Positions 36,895-48,840 of a stretch of DNA of 50,300 nt are shown here, in pieces (the first letter of the stretch is position 1; every line of letters begins with the position of its first letter). The translations under genes were made by a program, and so were the position numbers. The stretch lies in NCBI GenBank assembly GCA_030167865.1, contig JALAGF010002086.1:62001-112300 (forward strand), given 5' to 3'. This stretch comes from Craspedostauros australis. Its lineage: Eukaryota. Under the pieces are notes generated by a model that was not told the origin of the DNA, searched no databases, and saw only the letters and a program-made list of their open reading frames with translations.

Positions 36895-39800
36895 ATGGTG
36901 GCCGATAGGAACAATGGCGTATCGACATCGGGATCAACGTCATCCGTCAACAAAAAGAAGAATGGGAAATCGAATGGAAATGGGCGCCGGAATGGTAGTG
37001 CGTCGTCGTCGTCATCATCGGCGTCGTCGTCAGCAGTGACATCCACTGCCCAGGCAACGACGAGCGTCACCACGACAATTACGTTGAAGTCGATGACGGG
37101 ATCGACACCGCCCCAACCATCCTCGATGACGGCAACGCCCGATCTCAACTTCATGTTTGGAATGCCTGGGGGCGATGGGATGCCACCCACCTTCGATGAT
37201 CACAATTCGCTGTCCGCAATCACGCCCGAAGTTAAGGAAGCCACGCATCGGCTGGCGTGGGAGTTGGATGATTACCTACGGTCCAAGCATCACCAGCCAT
37301 CGTCACGCGCGGATAGGAAGAGGCTGTCGGCGGGGGATTCCAGTTCTGCCAACAACTGGAGCAAATCGTCAGCGCAGGAGCTGTCGGACGAATCTATCGC
37401 AGGTCTGCAGTTAGCCACAGCGAGGAAGCTTCGGGAGGTATGTTCTTCGTGCATTGCATGATCAGAGTCATGCTCATACGATGCTGTTCGCCAGCGTCGC
37501 ATTGCCCTGAGCACATGTTGCCCAGAGTCTCAGCATGTCCATCATCGCGCTCGGACCATCGATCATCATTTCTCACTCCCATTCTCCCTGTTTGCATCAA
37601 CATCACGTCATCAATACCCCATGGCAAACATGCATACTCTGCTGTGCTCTGCTATCATGTATATGTCTGCGCAATGCAATACAGCTGCTCCCAACCAGCC
37701 GCGACTTGCTCCTCAAAGCCCAGGAATGCAAGTGGATACCTGTGCTGCTGCGCTGGCTCAACCTACACGACAACCCTGCCGTCCAAGTCGAGGCCCTGCT
37801 GGCGTTGACTAACATCGCAGAGCTCTGCGCCCAGCAATCCTACTATCAGCACTCCCAGGCACAATCCTCTGCCATGGCATCAGCCGCGCAAGCAGCGGCT
37901 GCAGCTGTGACGAACAATGCAGTTGCCAGCGACGGTGCCGCGACCAAGGGAATGCCTGCCATTCCGCCGCATTTTTGGGCCGACGGTATGGGTGGCGCAG
38001 CAGGATCATCACCCACCGCGCCGACGTATCCGTACCCATCCCTCGTCACCCCGGCGCCGGGGAGCGTGCCCTTTCCACCGTTATCATTTTCGCAGACGTT
38101 GTCGGAAGACGCTGTGGCCGCGTTCGATGCCAGCCTCACTTCGACCATTCAGAACAGTCACGTGCTCGATGCCATCGACAAGAGCCAAGGCGGCTTCTCG
38201 CTCCCGCCAGCACCGCTCTTCCCTTCCTCCAGCCACATGTCGAACGGAAATGACAACCCTGCGCTGTGCCCTCCCACCGGTGGGATCAACTTCACCTCCC
38301 TCGCACCACCACCTGGCGGTGCGCACAACGCCGTGCCCAGCAACACCGTGCTCCTCCCACCCACGCCAGCCTCGGGCGCCTCGCTCGCATCATCGTACTC
38401 ATCATTCCCGCAGCAGCTGTCGCCATCCTCCCAGCATCTCCTGCTGCGGCATGCGGATGCCATCCCGACCCTGATATCCTTACTCTCCAGTCCGAATCGA
38501 GAGATTTACGAACAGGCCATGTGGATCCTTGGCAGCATCGCCGTCGGAGATTCCCCAACCGGTTCCTCGTCTGGGACCGGTCCCTCCAACACGTCGTTGG
38601 ATCGCGAGAAGCCCGTGTCTGCCAGAGATGTTATTCTGGCGGCCGGAATCATGAACCAGCTCATCCGATGTCTCGAGATGCACCCCTCCAACCTCTCTCT
38701 GCAGCGGATCGGGACATGGACGCTTTCCAACCTCGTGGAAGGAATCTTCCAGAAGGCCTCGTCGGGCGCAACCAAGATCAGTGGCAAAGGCGACTACTCC
38801 AGCAGCGATGAGATCGACATGGCCTCGCTGCTGCCCGTCCTGCGTCGTTTGCTGCTGAACGGGGACGCGGAAGTGCTGAGCTACACCTGCTGGACGCTGT
38901 CGCATCTCTGCGATGGACCGTCTTCGCATATTGCGGCCGTCGTCACGACGCAAGATCCAAGATCTGGCAACAAGGGCGGGCTCGTGCCGCGCCTCGTGGA
39001 TTTGCTGCTCCACCGCAGCTGGAGGGTGACGAAGCCAGCCTTGCGCACCATCGGCAATATCGTATGCGCCGAATGCAACGACGATGGCAACAATTACGGC
39101 TCGACCGCGGACTACACAGAAGTCATATTGGAGTGCGGGGCGGTGCCTCGCTTGAAAGAGTTGGTGATGCACAGTAACCGGGAGATCCAAAAGGAGGCCT
39201 GCTGGACGTTGTCCAACATCGCCGCTGGCACCATCAACCAGATTCAAGCTGTTATTGATTCTGGCGCCATCCCCCCTCTCGTGGCACTTGTGCATGACAA
39301 GAAGACGGATCAGGAGGTTTGCAGCGAGGCCTGTTGGGTCGTGCTGAATGCGACCAGCTGCGGGAGCAACGCACAAATCGAAGTGCTGGTGGATCAGGGC
39401 TGCGTTCAGGTGCTCGACGTTCTGCTGTCGGAGGCCAACCTCGTGATGATGGCTCTGGACGGGCTGGAGAGGATCCTGCACATCGAGGAAAGCCGCGAGA
39501 TCATCCGACGTGGCCGCATCGAGAATGGCCTCGTGGAGGACAATGATCAGACCAGCACCCCGACACTGGTGCGCGCTTCAATGATCGAGACGGCGAGGGA
39601 CAGCCACAGCAGCAGCACCATCACGAAGCGGGCCGACAAGATTTGGAAGAAGCACTTTGTGTCGTGCGCCTTGTGCAAGAATTCCTTCTCGAAGCACCGC
39701 ACAGGCGAGGCATCCTTCTGTGACGAATGCAAGTGTTACGTGTGCTTCAACTGCAACTGCCAGGTGTACCATCTGTCGTACCAGGAAGAGCTCTGGGCCG

Positions 39801-40456
39801 AAACGGAGGAGAAGACTCAGCAAAAGAAGTCGTCGAAGAAGAATAAGAACAAGAAGAAGAAGGAAAAGCAAAAGCAGAAAAAGGCGAAGGAATTGCAACA
39901 ACAGCAGCAGCAACAGCAGCAGCAGACAAACGATGCAACCACAAAGGGCGATGCCAATCCCAAGCAGAATGCAAAGGCCAAGACAGCGAATGGTGCCTTG
40001 GAGGCACGATCGAGCTCGTCTGGTGATGGAAGTGCAGCACCAACATCCACCACCACCACTACTACCGCTACCCAAAGCAAAAACATGATACCAGCGAAAT
40101 TGGCAGCACCACCCAACAGTGCAAGCAGCAAGGACGCGACCGCAGCATCCACGAAGACGGATGGCCACAGCAGCAGCAACAAAGCTAGGGTGGAACAGCA
40201 GAACGACACGACTGACAACGACAGCAAAAAGCCAGACTCGCAGCCGCAGCAACAGCAGCAACCACAAGCTCAGCAGCCATCGATCGATTTCGTGCTGTAC
40301 TTGCAACAAACGGGCAGCATCATTGCGTTGGCAAAACTTATGGATGCGTTGGAATACGGTGATGAACATGAATCATTGGACGACACCGAATTGCAGCTCA
40401 TCAAGCAACAGCAGCAACAACAACAACAGCGCATCACGGAACAGACCACGACTTAA
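36895..40456 (+). CDS. Atypical importin-alpha-like ARM-repeat protein with a C-terminal Cys/His zinc-finger-like motif, about 1104 aa
   Basis: Exon 1 is 36895-37437, the intron is 37438-37684 (GTATGT...TACAG, phase 0), and exon 2 is 37685-40456, giving RKLRE|LLPTS. Importin-alpha-like repeats: EALLALTNIA, IPTLISLLSSPNREIYEQAMWILGSIA, TWTLSNL, TCWTLSHLCDG, PALRTIGNIV, KEACWTLSNIAAG, EACWVVLNATS, ALDGLERIL. Confidence 0.85.
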
Positions 40457-41152
40457 GAGTCGAGTAACTCAGCTTTATTACTCCTCGTACGTATAATACT
40501 ATACCTATGGCGCAGGATGATACATTCTTGAAGGGGATGGTATCATTCTATTTTACCACATCATATTATACTTATGCATACTCTCGCGTATTGTATTGTA
40601 TTAAAAATACTTGTGAGGCTATGGACTCAAGTCATTCTGAAGTGTAATGGATTGGAATGGAGTAGACTACTCCCCCTCACTGTAGGTAGCGGAATCGAAA
40701 TGGGAAGATTGTGTGCACGTGTGTATTACCCATTCTGCTTCGAGTTTAGATGGACTGCTGAGGGATCCACGGTCATGGAGACCGTCTTGCACACGGGCAT
40801 GGGCGGAGTTGCGAGAAACGGAGTTTTCGCCACCCCTTTCTTCGTTGGTCGTGGATGTGTCATGAGTTCGGTTGGGCCGTGGGAGGAAAGGAGGCGGAAT
40901 GGTGGCGGCAAAGATCGAAACACGGAAACAGGAACAACAGGGATCCAACACCCCTGCTTCTCGCCTCATACCTTGCGCAGTGTGGGTAGTTGCACACGCA
41001 GGTTGTCCATTTTGCGCCTGACAGGGACGGAAGCAGACACAAACAACACACCACGCCAACATCAAGACTCGCTGCACAACAAAACGCAGCGCAGACACCA
41101 GCATCCGCATCGTACGGCAATCCACCAAGAGCAAAGTTGACAAGCAAGCACC

Positions 41153-43172
41153 ATGTCGGACGACGAAGAATCCTACGAGTATGAGTACGATGAGGACGCC
41201 ATGGACGAGGACAATTTCGAGTACACGGACGAAGAAGAAGAGGCGGATGATGCGGAAGTCGCGCTAGGTGAGTTCTCTGGAGTCTTCGTGTGCGCGTCCA
41301 TGCGCTGGGTACTGCTAGGCTGGAGGAGCTGCGGCGCAGTGAAGCGTATTGGCAGGGAACAGATCTCGCGGAGGGACGTGATTGCGTCTCTCTCGAAGGG
41401 AGCCCTCTGGAGAGATGCGGCGAATCATTGAGATCCCCGCAGATGATTTGCTTTTTTCATTTCGTTCTCGTGTTCTGTCTCCCTGGCTGTTTGTGTTTCG
41501 CCTCTGCTTCTGCTTCTACATCCTGCTGCTAAATCTACACGGAGATGGCAAGCTCGTTCACTAACGCATCGACGTGCTCACCCACATACGCAATCTACTC
41601 TGTGTTATGCTCTACTGCATTGCGCGGCATCGAATGGAACGGAACGGAACTGCGCCTTTCATCTTCCGTATCCGCGCAGAGAACACATACTACAACGCAA
41701 AGGGGTTGAGAGACGAAGATCTGGCCGAGGCAGTCGCCACGTTTGAGCAAGTCATCGAGCAGGAAACGAAGGAGATGAGCGATAAGGGCTCGTCCGCAAA
41801 GTTCGGGCAATGGTCGTTCAAGGCCTTGAAGCAGCTGGTCAAGCTGCACCTGCGCACTGGGACTGCGGATCAGATCATGGACTATTACAAGCGGCTGCTG
41901 CAGTCCGTTTCGGAGGGTGATGTGTCGCCGAATGCGGTCGAGAAAGGTGTCAACGGGATGCTGGATCGCATCGCCACGCTCCTGCAGGGATCCTCCAACT
42001 TTCGTTTTGCGGCGACAGATGCGGACGGCGATGTTGATGTTGACGTCGAAGCCGACGCGGAGGACGACACGTACAAAGCCTCGGATCCCCAGAAGCTGGC
42101 ATTGGCCGTGTACGACTCCACGCTCAAGATCTTCCACCCTTCCACGGGGGCATGCCCCAGCGAACGTCTCTGGTTCAAGACGAACCTCAAGTACGGGCAG
42201 CTCCTTTACGAGATGCACGAGACGGCGAAGTTGCAGCTGGTGCTGCGGGATCTGAAGGCGACACAGAAATCATCCGACGATTCCAAGCCGTCTTCAGGTG
42301 GTTACGGATCTTCCACCCATGCCATGGAGATATACGCCCTGCAAATCCAATTGTACAGCCGGCAGAAGGATAACAAGAAGCTGCGGGAGGTCTTCAGAAC
42401 TGCGATGCAGGTCAGAGGCGGCATTCCGCATCCACGAACCCTCGCCTTGATCCAGGAGCTCGGCGGGAAGATGCATATGGCGGCGAAGGAGTACGAGGAT
42501 GCCGGCAAAACGTTCTTCCAGGCGTTCAAGAGCTACGACGAGGCTGGAGATGTCAGCCGTCTCCGATGTCTCAAGTACCTCGTGCTGGCCAGCATGCTGC
42601 ATGCTTCCACCATCAACCCGTTCGACTCGCAGGAGGCCCGACCGTACAGAGACGATCCTGAGATCACAGCCATGACATCCCTCGTCCAGGCATTCCACAA
42701 CAATGACATTCATGATTTCGAAAAGATCCTGCGTCGCAACCGCGGTCGGATCATGAAGGACGAATTCATCAGAGAGCACATCGAGGACCTGCTCCGAACT
42801 ATCCGCACGCAGGTCCTGCGTCGGACCATCCGACCGTACACGCGGATATCACTGTCGGCCATCTCCAAGGAATTGAATGACATCCCCGTGGAAGACGTCG
42901 AAAGCCTGCTCATCAGTCTCATTCTCAATGGTTCCTTGAACGGCAAGTTGGATCAGGTCACCGGAGTGCTGATCAAGCAACCAGGCAGTGGTGATGTTCG
43001 CGGCGAGTCGGAAGAGAAGGTGGACGGCAGCGCGGTCGCAAGCCCGACGAATCCACTGCATGTCAAACACGAGGCTCTTCGTCAGCTCGCCAAGTCCATC
43101 GAGACCATCTCCATCTCTCTCACGCAATCGAGAACGAAGGACGAACCATCGCTGAAGTCTATTTTTGATTGA
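41153..43172 (+). CDS. CSN2: COP9 signalosome subunit 2, about 535 aa
   Basis: Exon 1 is 41153-41267, the intron is 41268-41679 (GTGAGT...CGCAG, phase 1), and exon 2 is 41680-43172, giving EVAL|ENTYYNAKG. Motifs: WSFKALKQLVK, ERLWFKTNLK, EIYALQIQLY, IPHP, GGKMH, AFKSYDEAG, CLKYLVLASML, INPFDSQEARPY, PCI domain. Confidence 0.95.
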
Positions 43173-43749
43173 GGCATGAGCCAGATCAGATAATCACGGA
43201 TCACCGAAAGGGAAGATCACAACGCGGTATGCCACAGCACCACAATACCGAACTCTGTCAAGAGTACTGGTGGAGTACTCGTACGTATGTGACTGTATTC
43301 CTTGGGTGGCACAGCCCAGCACAACAGAACTTCCCCCAGCGACTGGCAAGAACACAATACAAGAGCACCATACTAATAGAGACTCGCCATGTTGTAAACC
43401 ACGACACGAATGCATAGAGTACTCTACGTACTGTACTTATACCTGTGCATCTATACATACTATACGTTCTATGAACGTTACTTTGATCTGCACTTCAATC
43501 AACAACCACATTCAAACATCTTTGTTGATGTCGATGTGGCACGCATGCACGTCCTTGATGTGATGCTGCTGAATCGTGCATTTCTTCTTGTGGGGAGAAC
43601 TGTCCGTACTTAGCTCGTTCTCGTAGCCATCATCTTTCGTTCCACCCTCCTTCGCCATATGTCACATGTACCGAATGAGAATAGAATCGTACTCTCTCGA
43701 GTACTCCCTCCAGTCATGGTACATGCCGACGCTCGCATCGCACTTGATC

Positions 43750-46700
43750 TTATCTTCCGTACGGGTTGTAGTCCTCGCTGCCCGATGAATCGCTTTCGTC
43801 GTCCATGTCAAAGATCATGTCTGAATCGCGGTCTTCGAAATCATTATCGCCATCGCCATCGTCATCGCTCTCGTTGTCGTCATCGTCCTCCTCCTCCTCC
43901 TCATCTTCATTATCGTCATCGTACTCGTCATCGCTTGACCAATGATTGACATTGTCGTACGGCAAGTCGTTCGATGTGCCCCCCACCTGGTTTGGAGCCA
44001 CCATCATGCCGTCCGCATCCTGGAAATGACTGGATCGGATGCACCGCAATTCAGGGAGAGCGCTTTGAAATCGTTCAACTGCGGACGATCCTCCTTGGAT
44101 AGACTCGCAACCGTAGATGGAGATGCATTGCAAGTTCTTCAACCGTGACAGGGCATGCAAGCCATTCGAGTTCACCTGCGTGCTGCTGAGGTTGAGCGCT
44201 CTGAGGTTGGTCAGCCTGGCGAGAGATTCGGCACCGCGGTTTGTGATCCTCCCATTTTGCGCGAGGTTGAGGGTCTTGAGGTTCTTGAGTGTCGCCAGGA
44301 TGGAGCATCCGAGGTCGCCCACGTCCCCGCCGCACAGCTCCAAGGTTTCGAGCGTCTTGATCTCAGCGATTTGATGACATCCCATATCGGAGATACACCC
44401 GGAGAATATGTCAAGCGAGCGCAGCTTGGGCAGATTTTTTATGTGTATCACACAGTCGTCGCCAATCTCTCGACCATCCAGATTGAGGACCTCCAGATTC
44501 TTGAGATCCGACAGGCAGCGAATGCCCTCGCTGGTGATGTTGCAAAAGAAGAGCGAGAGCTTCTTCAGTTTCTTCAGCTTGGCGATGTGCGTCATCCCGA
44601 TATCTGAAATATCGGAATCTGCCAAGTTCAGAGCGCAGAGGTTCGGGAATGCACCGGCCTGCGCGAGATTCGCGAGCGCCCTGTCACCGACTGGGCACGA
44701 GTCCAGATTCAGCTCCTCCAGCGCAGGGGCTGTGCAGAGACGTGAGATATGCGAGTCTTTAACTTCAGCGTAGCAGAGCTGCAGCGTCTTCAGCGACCTG
44801 ATCTTCCCTTGCCAAGACGTGCGCATGATTCCGGGGCAGTAGGAAACATCCAGCATCTCCAGGTTGGTGAGTTCTTTCAGGGTCTTTCCCATCGCAGCGC
44901 TCCCAATGCCAGAGCAGCCGTTCAGATCTAATCGCTGCAGCGCGCTCAGCGCCTTGAGATGATCCACGCCCTCGGCGGTGATAGGGCACCGGGACAGTCT
45001 CAGATTCTTCAGATTCGTGGCACGGTATGGCTGCGATACCAGGGTTTCGATGCCCAAGTCCGTGATGGACCTGCACCAACCCAGAGAGAGGCTCTCCAGC
45101 GTGTTCATCCCCTCGAGATACTGCACGGAGTTGTCAGTGAGGAGATCGCACTCCGACAGATCGAGCTCGACGAGGTCGACGAGATTGCTGATGGCGCAAA
45201 TACCTCGGTCCGTCAAGCACCGGCACCCTTGCAGGATGAGACGCTCCAGGCTTGTCAGATGGGAGATGCTGCTGAGAGCATCATCCGTCAGCCTACGGCA
45301 GTTCACCAGAGACAGCGTCGTTAGCTGGGTTGAGAATTGCAAAGCCGTGAGGCCTGTGCCGAATAACGAATGGCATTCGTTGAACAATGCCACTTCCAGC
45401 TTGTCCAGACCTGCGAGCCTTGCGATCCCCCTGTCGGTGATGTCTTGTGAGTTGCTCAAGTCTAGAAACTTGAGGCATGTCGAGATGTCTTCCTCTCCCT
45501 CGTCGATGAGGCAGTCATGGAAAGCATCTCGGTCGCTGTGGTCGGTGTGCTGCATGGATGCGACGTCATGATCATGGCACTGTGGTGTATGCCGACCGCC
45601 AACGTGTGGGTGGTTGGGATTCGATGTTGCCGAAAGGAACGATTGCTCCGTGGAGGAGTTATCCTCGTCGTCGCTGCCGCGATGTTCGTGCCTGCCTTCG
45701 TTTTCATTCGTGTTCATTGGATGGTACCTGCTTCCATCCACGGTGCTCTTCATCTTCACATCCATGTCCATGTCTCCGTCATCGCCTTCATCGCCTTCAT
45801 CGCCAGCGGTGTGGTTGCCAATGTGGCCAGGCATTTGGTTGCCAGCGTGACGATGAAGGAAGTATGCATCGTCGAGTGCCCCGTCTTCAGCACGGTCGTC
45901 ATCACCTCCCGAAGCCACGGCTTTGCACACTTCGCCATCCTCGTCATCGTCATCGCTTTGCATCTCGAAGCTGACATCGTCGCCCGTCGCGTTGATGTGT
46001 CTGCTCTGCGGTAGATGCTCCAACCATGCATCCGTCACGCCACGGCACCCGGACAGGCGTATTTCCGGAAAGTCGCAGTTCTGCAAGGTCTTCAGAGTGG
46101 TGAGGTTGAGCGACGAATTCTTGACGAGAGAGGACATGATTCCGTCCATGATTTCCTGCGGCAGACCTTCGGGCAGCATCCCGTCAAGGTACGGGAGGGA
46201 ACGGCAGATGGTGTCAATGCAGAGATCAGAAAGCGTTTTTGGATTGTAGAGCGTTTCTTTCCGCTTGGTCTTTCGACCAGTCGGAGTGAGTGCGCTGTCG
46301 CCTGGATCCATGCCGCGACCAACGAAGCTGATGTTGCCCCTGCGGCTGGTGGTGGTATCCGTGGTGGTACTGGTTGCCACGGTTGTCTCGCTACTGTAGC
46401 TGCTGCCAATGCTTCGGACTGATTTGACGGAGTGAGAATTGGCATAGAGCTTGTCGATGGACTCATCTGGGAACTGCAGAGCAAAGAAGTTGCGAAATGC
46501 GGACATTAGAGCGAGAAGAGGGTGAGGCAAGGGTGATTAGCGTGGTGGATTTGTGGCCGTACGAGTATATCCATGAACATACGTGGGTGCCACACAACTC
46601 GAAATACATATATGTATGATAAGTTCGCAAGCTCGCAAACATATGAGGCAAGGGCGCGCACACGCGCATCATGTGCTTGTGGCAGGAGTTGAGAATAAAT

Positions 46701-47506
46701 CTTTCCTCACCAGGGCTTGAGCTTACCGGCATGACGACAGAATGGCGCAAAGTGCGGCGATGGAAGATATTCATATCGTCGTCGTCGTCGTCGTCATGGT
46801 CCCCATGACCGCTATTCGTCTTCCACTGTAGTATGCGTACGAGTGCGTGATTGATACAAGAGATTCAGGTTGTGATGGTGGGAGAAGGGACTGGGTGAGA
46901 TGACGACGGTGACGACGATGACATGGCGTGTGGTGGGGCGAATAGAGACGCCGGAGGGAATAAGGAATGAGGAAGGGAGGGGGAGAGCGAAGGTTTGCGA
47001 CAATTGCATTGCGCAGTTGGAGAACAGCTTGCGCACGGCAGGATGGAGACGTTCGAACGGAACATGACCATTGTCTGTCGAAGTGCATTGTGTGTTGATG
47101 TACGAAGATCACACTCTTGTGCACTTGTGCGCTTGATTGCTCTCGCATCCTTGCCATCCCAAGCGAAGCCATCTGCTGCTGCATCCACAACATGATGGTG
47201 GTGTTCGTTTTTGCTTGATTCTTCACATCCATGGAGTTGGCGCCATACACTCCGTTGTTTCTATTATAAGTCGCAAAGGCACAGGTGTGCGAGGAGCTGT
47301 TCTGTTCTGCTCTGCTCTGTTCTGGGCAGGCTAAGGCATAGCAAACCAGCATGCGTCAAGCGTAAAAATGAAATGCGATAACTTACTCCGTTGGCCGCAA
47401 TGTACCTCCTGGCTCCTCGGGTGTTACTGCCGTTGCTGGCGTTGCTGTTGTTGCCGCTTTCGGTGCTGGCTGATCGTCGACGATGCATGGAGCACGTGCC
47501 TCCCAT
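43750..47506 (-). CDS. Cys-containing (RNI/FBXL-like) leucine-rich-repeat protein with an N-terminal MGGTCS acylation motif, about 980 aa, three exons
   Basis: Exon 1 is 47506-47387 (MGGTCS…AANG), intron 47386-46826 (GTAAGT...TACAG); exon 2 is 46825-46727 (WKTN…VVMP), intron 46726-46474 (GTAAGC...TGCAG); exon 3 is 46473-43750. All junctions are phase 0. PKTLSDLCIDTIC segment followed by roughly 18 LxxLxLxxCxxITDxG repeats and an acidic tail. Exon 3 is secure; exons 1-2 are inferred. Confidence 0.8.
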
Positions 47507-47610
47507 TCTGCTCATTCCAGCAGCGGAGAATCGTGGCGATTGGCTAGCTGACTCAAGCTTGTTGGGTGGGTGCGTTGGTTGCCTCTCGGATGGCGGGTTG
47601 GTGGACTGTT

Positions 47611-47653
47611 TAATCAATCAATCTTAATCAATCTTCATCAATCTTAATCAATC
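47611..47653. repeat. Short tandem repeat (about 4 x ATCAATCTTA/C) upstream of the LRR gene
   Basis: The sequence taatcaatcaatcttaatcaatcttcatcaatcttaatcaatc is read directly. Confidence 0.7.
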
Positions 47654-48593
47654 AGCCAGTCAACCAGGCAATCAATCGATCAAACGATGGTCTCGATTTG
47701 ATGAATGAGAGAGAAGCGACCCTGCCTGTCACTGGCTTGGTCGATGCGGTGGCGTTGGAGGATGCGATTGTATGATGCTGCAGAGAGTGTGCAGAGTAAT
47801 GGAGCATCTGTTGAGGCAGCTCCTGGATGTGGCTGTGGGCACTTCGTGGTTGTTCTGCGTTGGTGTGGTGACAACTCTCCTCTCTTGCCTCCTTTTGTTC
47901 TGTTGTGCACAGGAACCAAGTTCGGCTTTGCGCTTCCGTCGTTTCCTCTTTTTGTGATCGGTTGAAGCTGGAGTCGGAACTTGGCAGGGAAGCGAGTCTG
48001 AGCCATCCGAGGACGGGAGTAATAGTCGTACGGAGCAAACCCTTCTGCAGAGAGAGAGAGGGACCACGTGCAAGAGGCTGAATTCCTTTCCGGCTTCGGC
48101 TTTCCTCGTTGCAATTTTCGCTTGTGTTCTGATCTTCTGATTCTCAAACGCATCTGCGCGTACTCGTGTCGTGCACCCCACAAAAGAAGCCTCTTTCGTG
48201 AATCAACCACAGAGAGAGACAGAGAGGCAGAGAACGGGGCAAACACGTGAAACGGCGGAAGTAAAGGCAACGATGGGGAGAAAGGAGGCAAAAATACAGT
48301 GAGAACCCACACACACAAAGTCAACCAAACACAAAAAAGATGGAGTTCCTGTTGTTGTCTCCCCCCTTGTTGTCGTTGACATCATCGCGTGTCATGACAT
48401 GATGTGTTGTCACTCGTTTCGCCAGGTAGCGCGAAGTTCCTCTGATTTGGTATCTTTGTTGAATCAATGGAGTACTGCATGAGCATAGTACCAACTACAA
48501 GACAGGCCAGGATAGTGGTACTACTAATAAGGTATTACAAGGACTGCACGCAACAGTGCAACCAAGAGAAACAAGAATGAAAACACGTCTGAG

Positions 48594-48637
<44 letters not shown>
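48594..48637. repeat. (AAC)n microsatellite, about 14 units, upstream of the ARF fusion gene
   Basis: An uninterrupted aac run is read directly. Confidence 0.9.
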
Positions 48638-48639
<2 letters not shown>

Positions 48640-48840
48640 ACAAGAGCAACAACGACAACAAGAGCAACAAGGGAAAGACACCAACAAACATCAAGGCGCT
48701 CTCACAAAACCTATGACCTGGCGCAGAGCATCTCTTGCGAAAGTAGGATCGAACTTCGAAACCGCAAGGAGGAAAGGCCGACACTCTCAAGCTACAAAGA
48801 GTGTAAGAGACAACTACACAACACAACTGGATTCATTATC

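Noticed and set aside
47611-48660. Short tandem repeats considered as CRISPR-like or telomere-like arrays
   Set aside because: They are simple microsatellites with no spacers and no cas genes, in a eukaryotic context.
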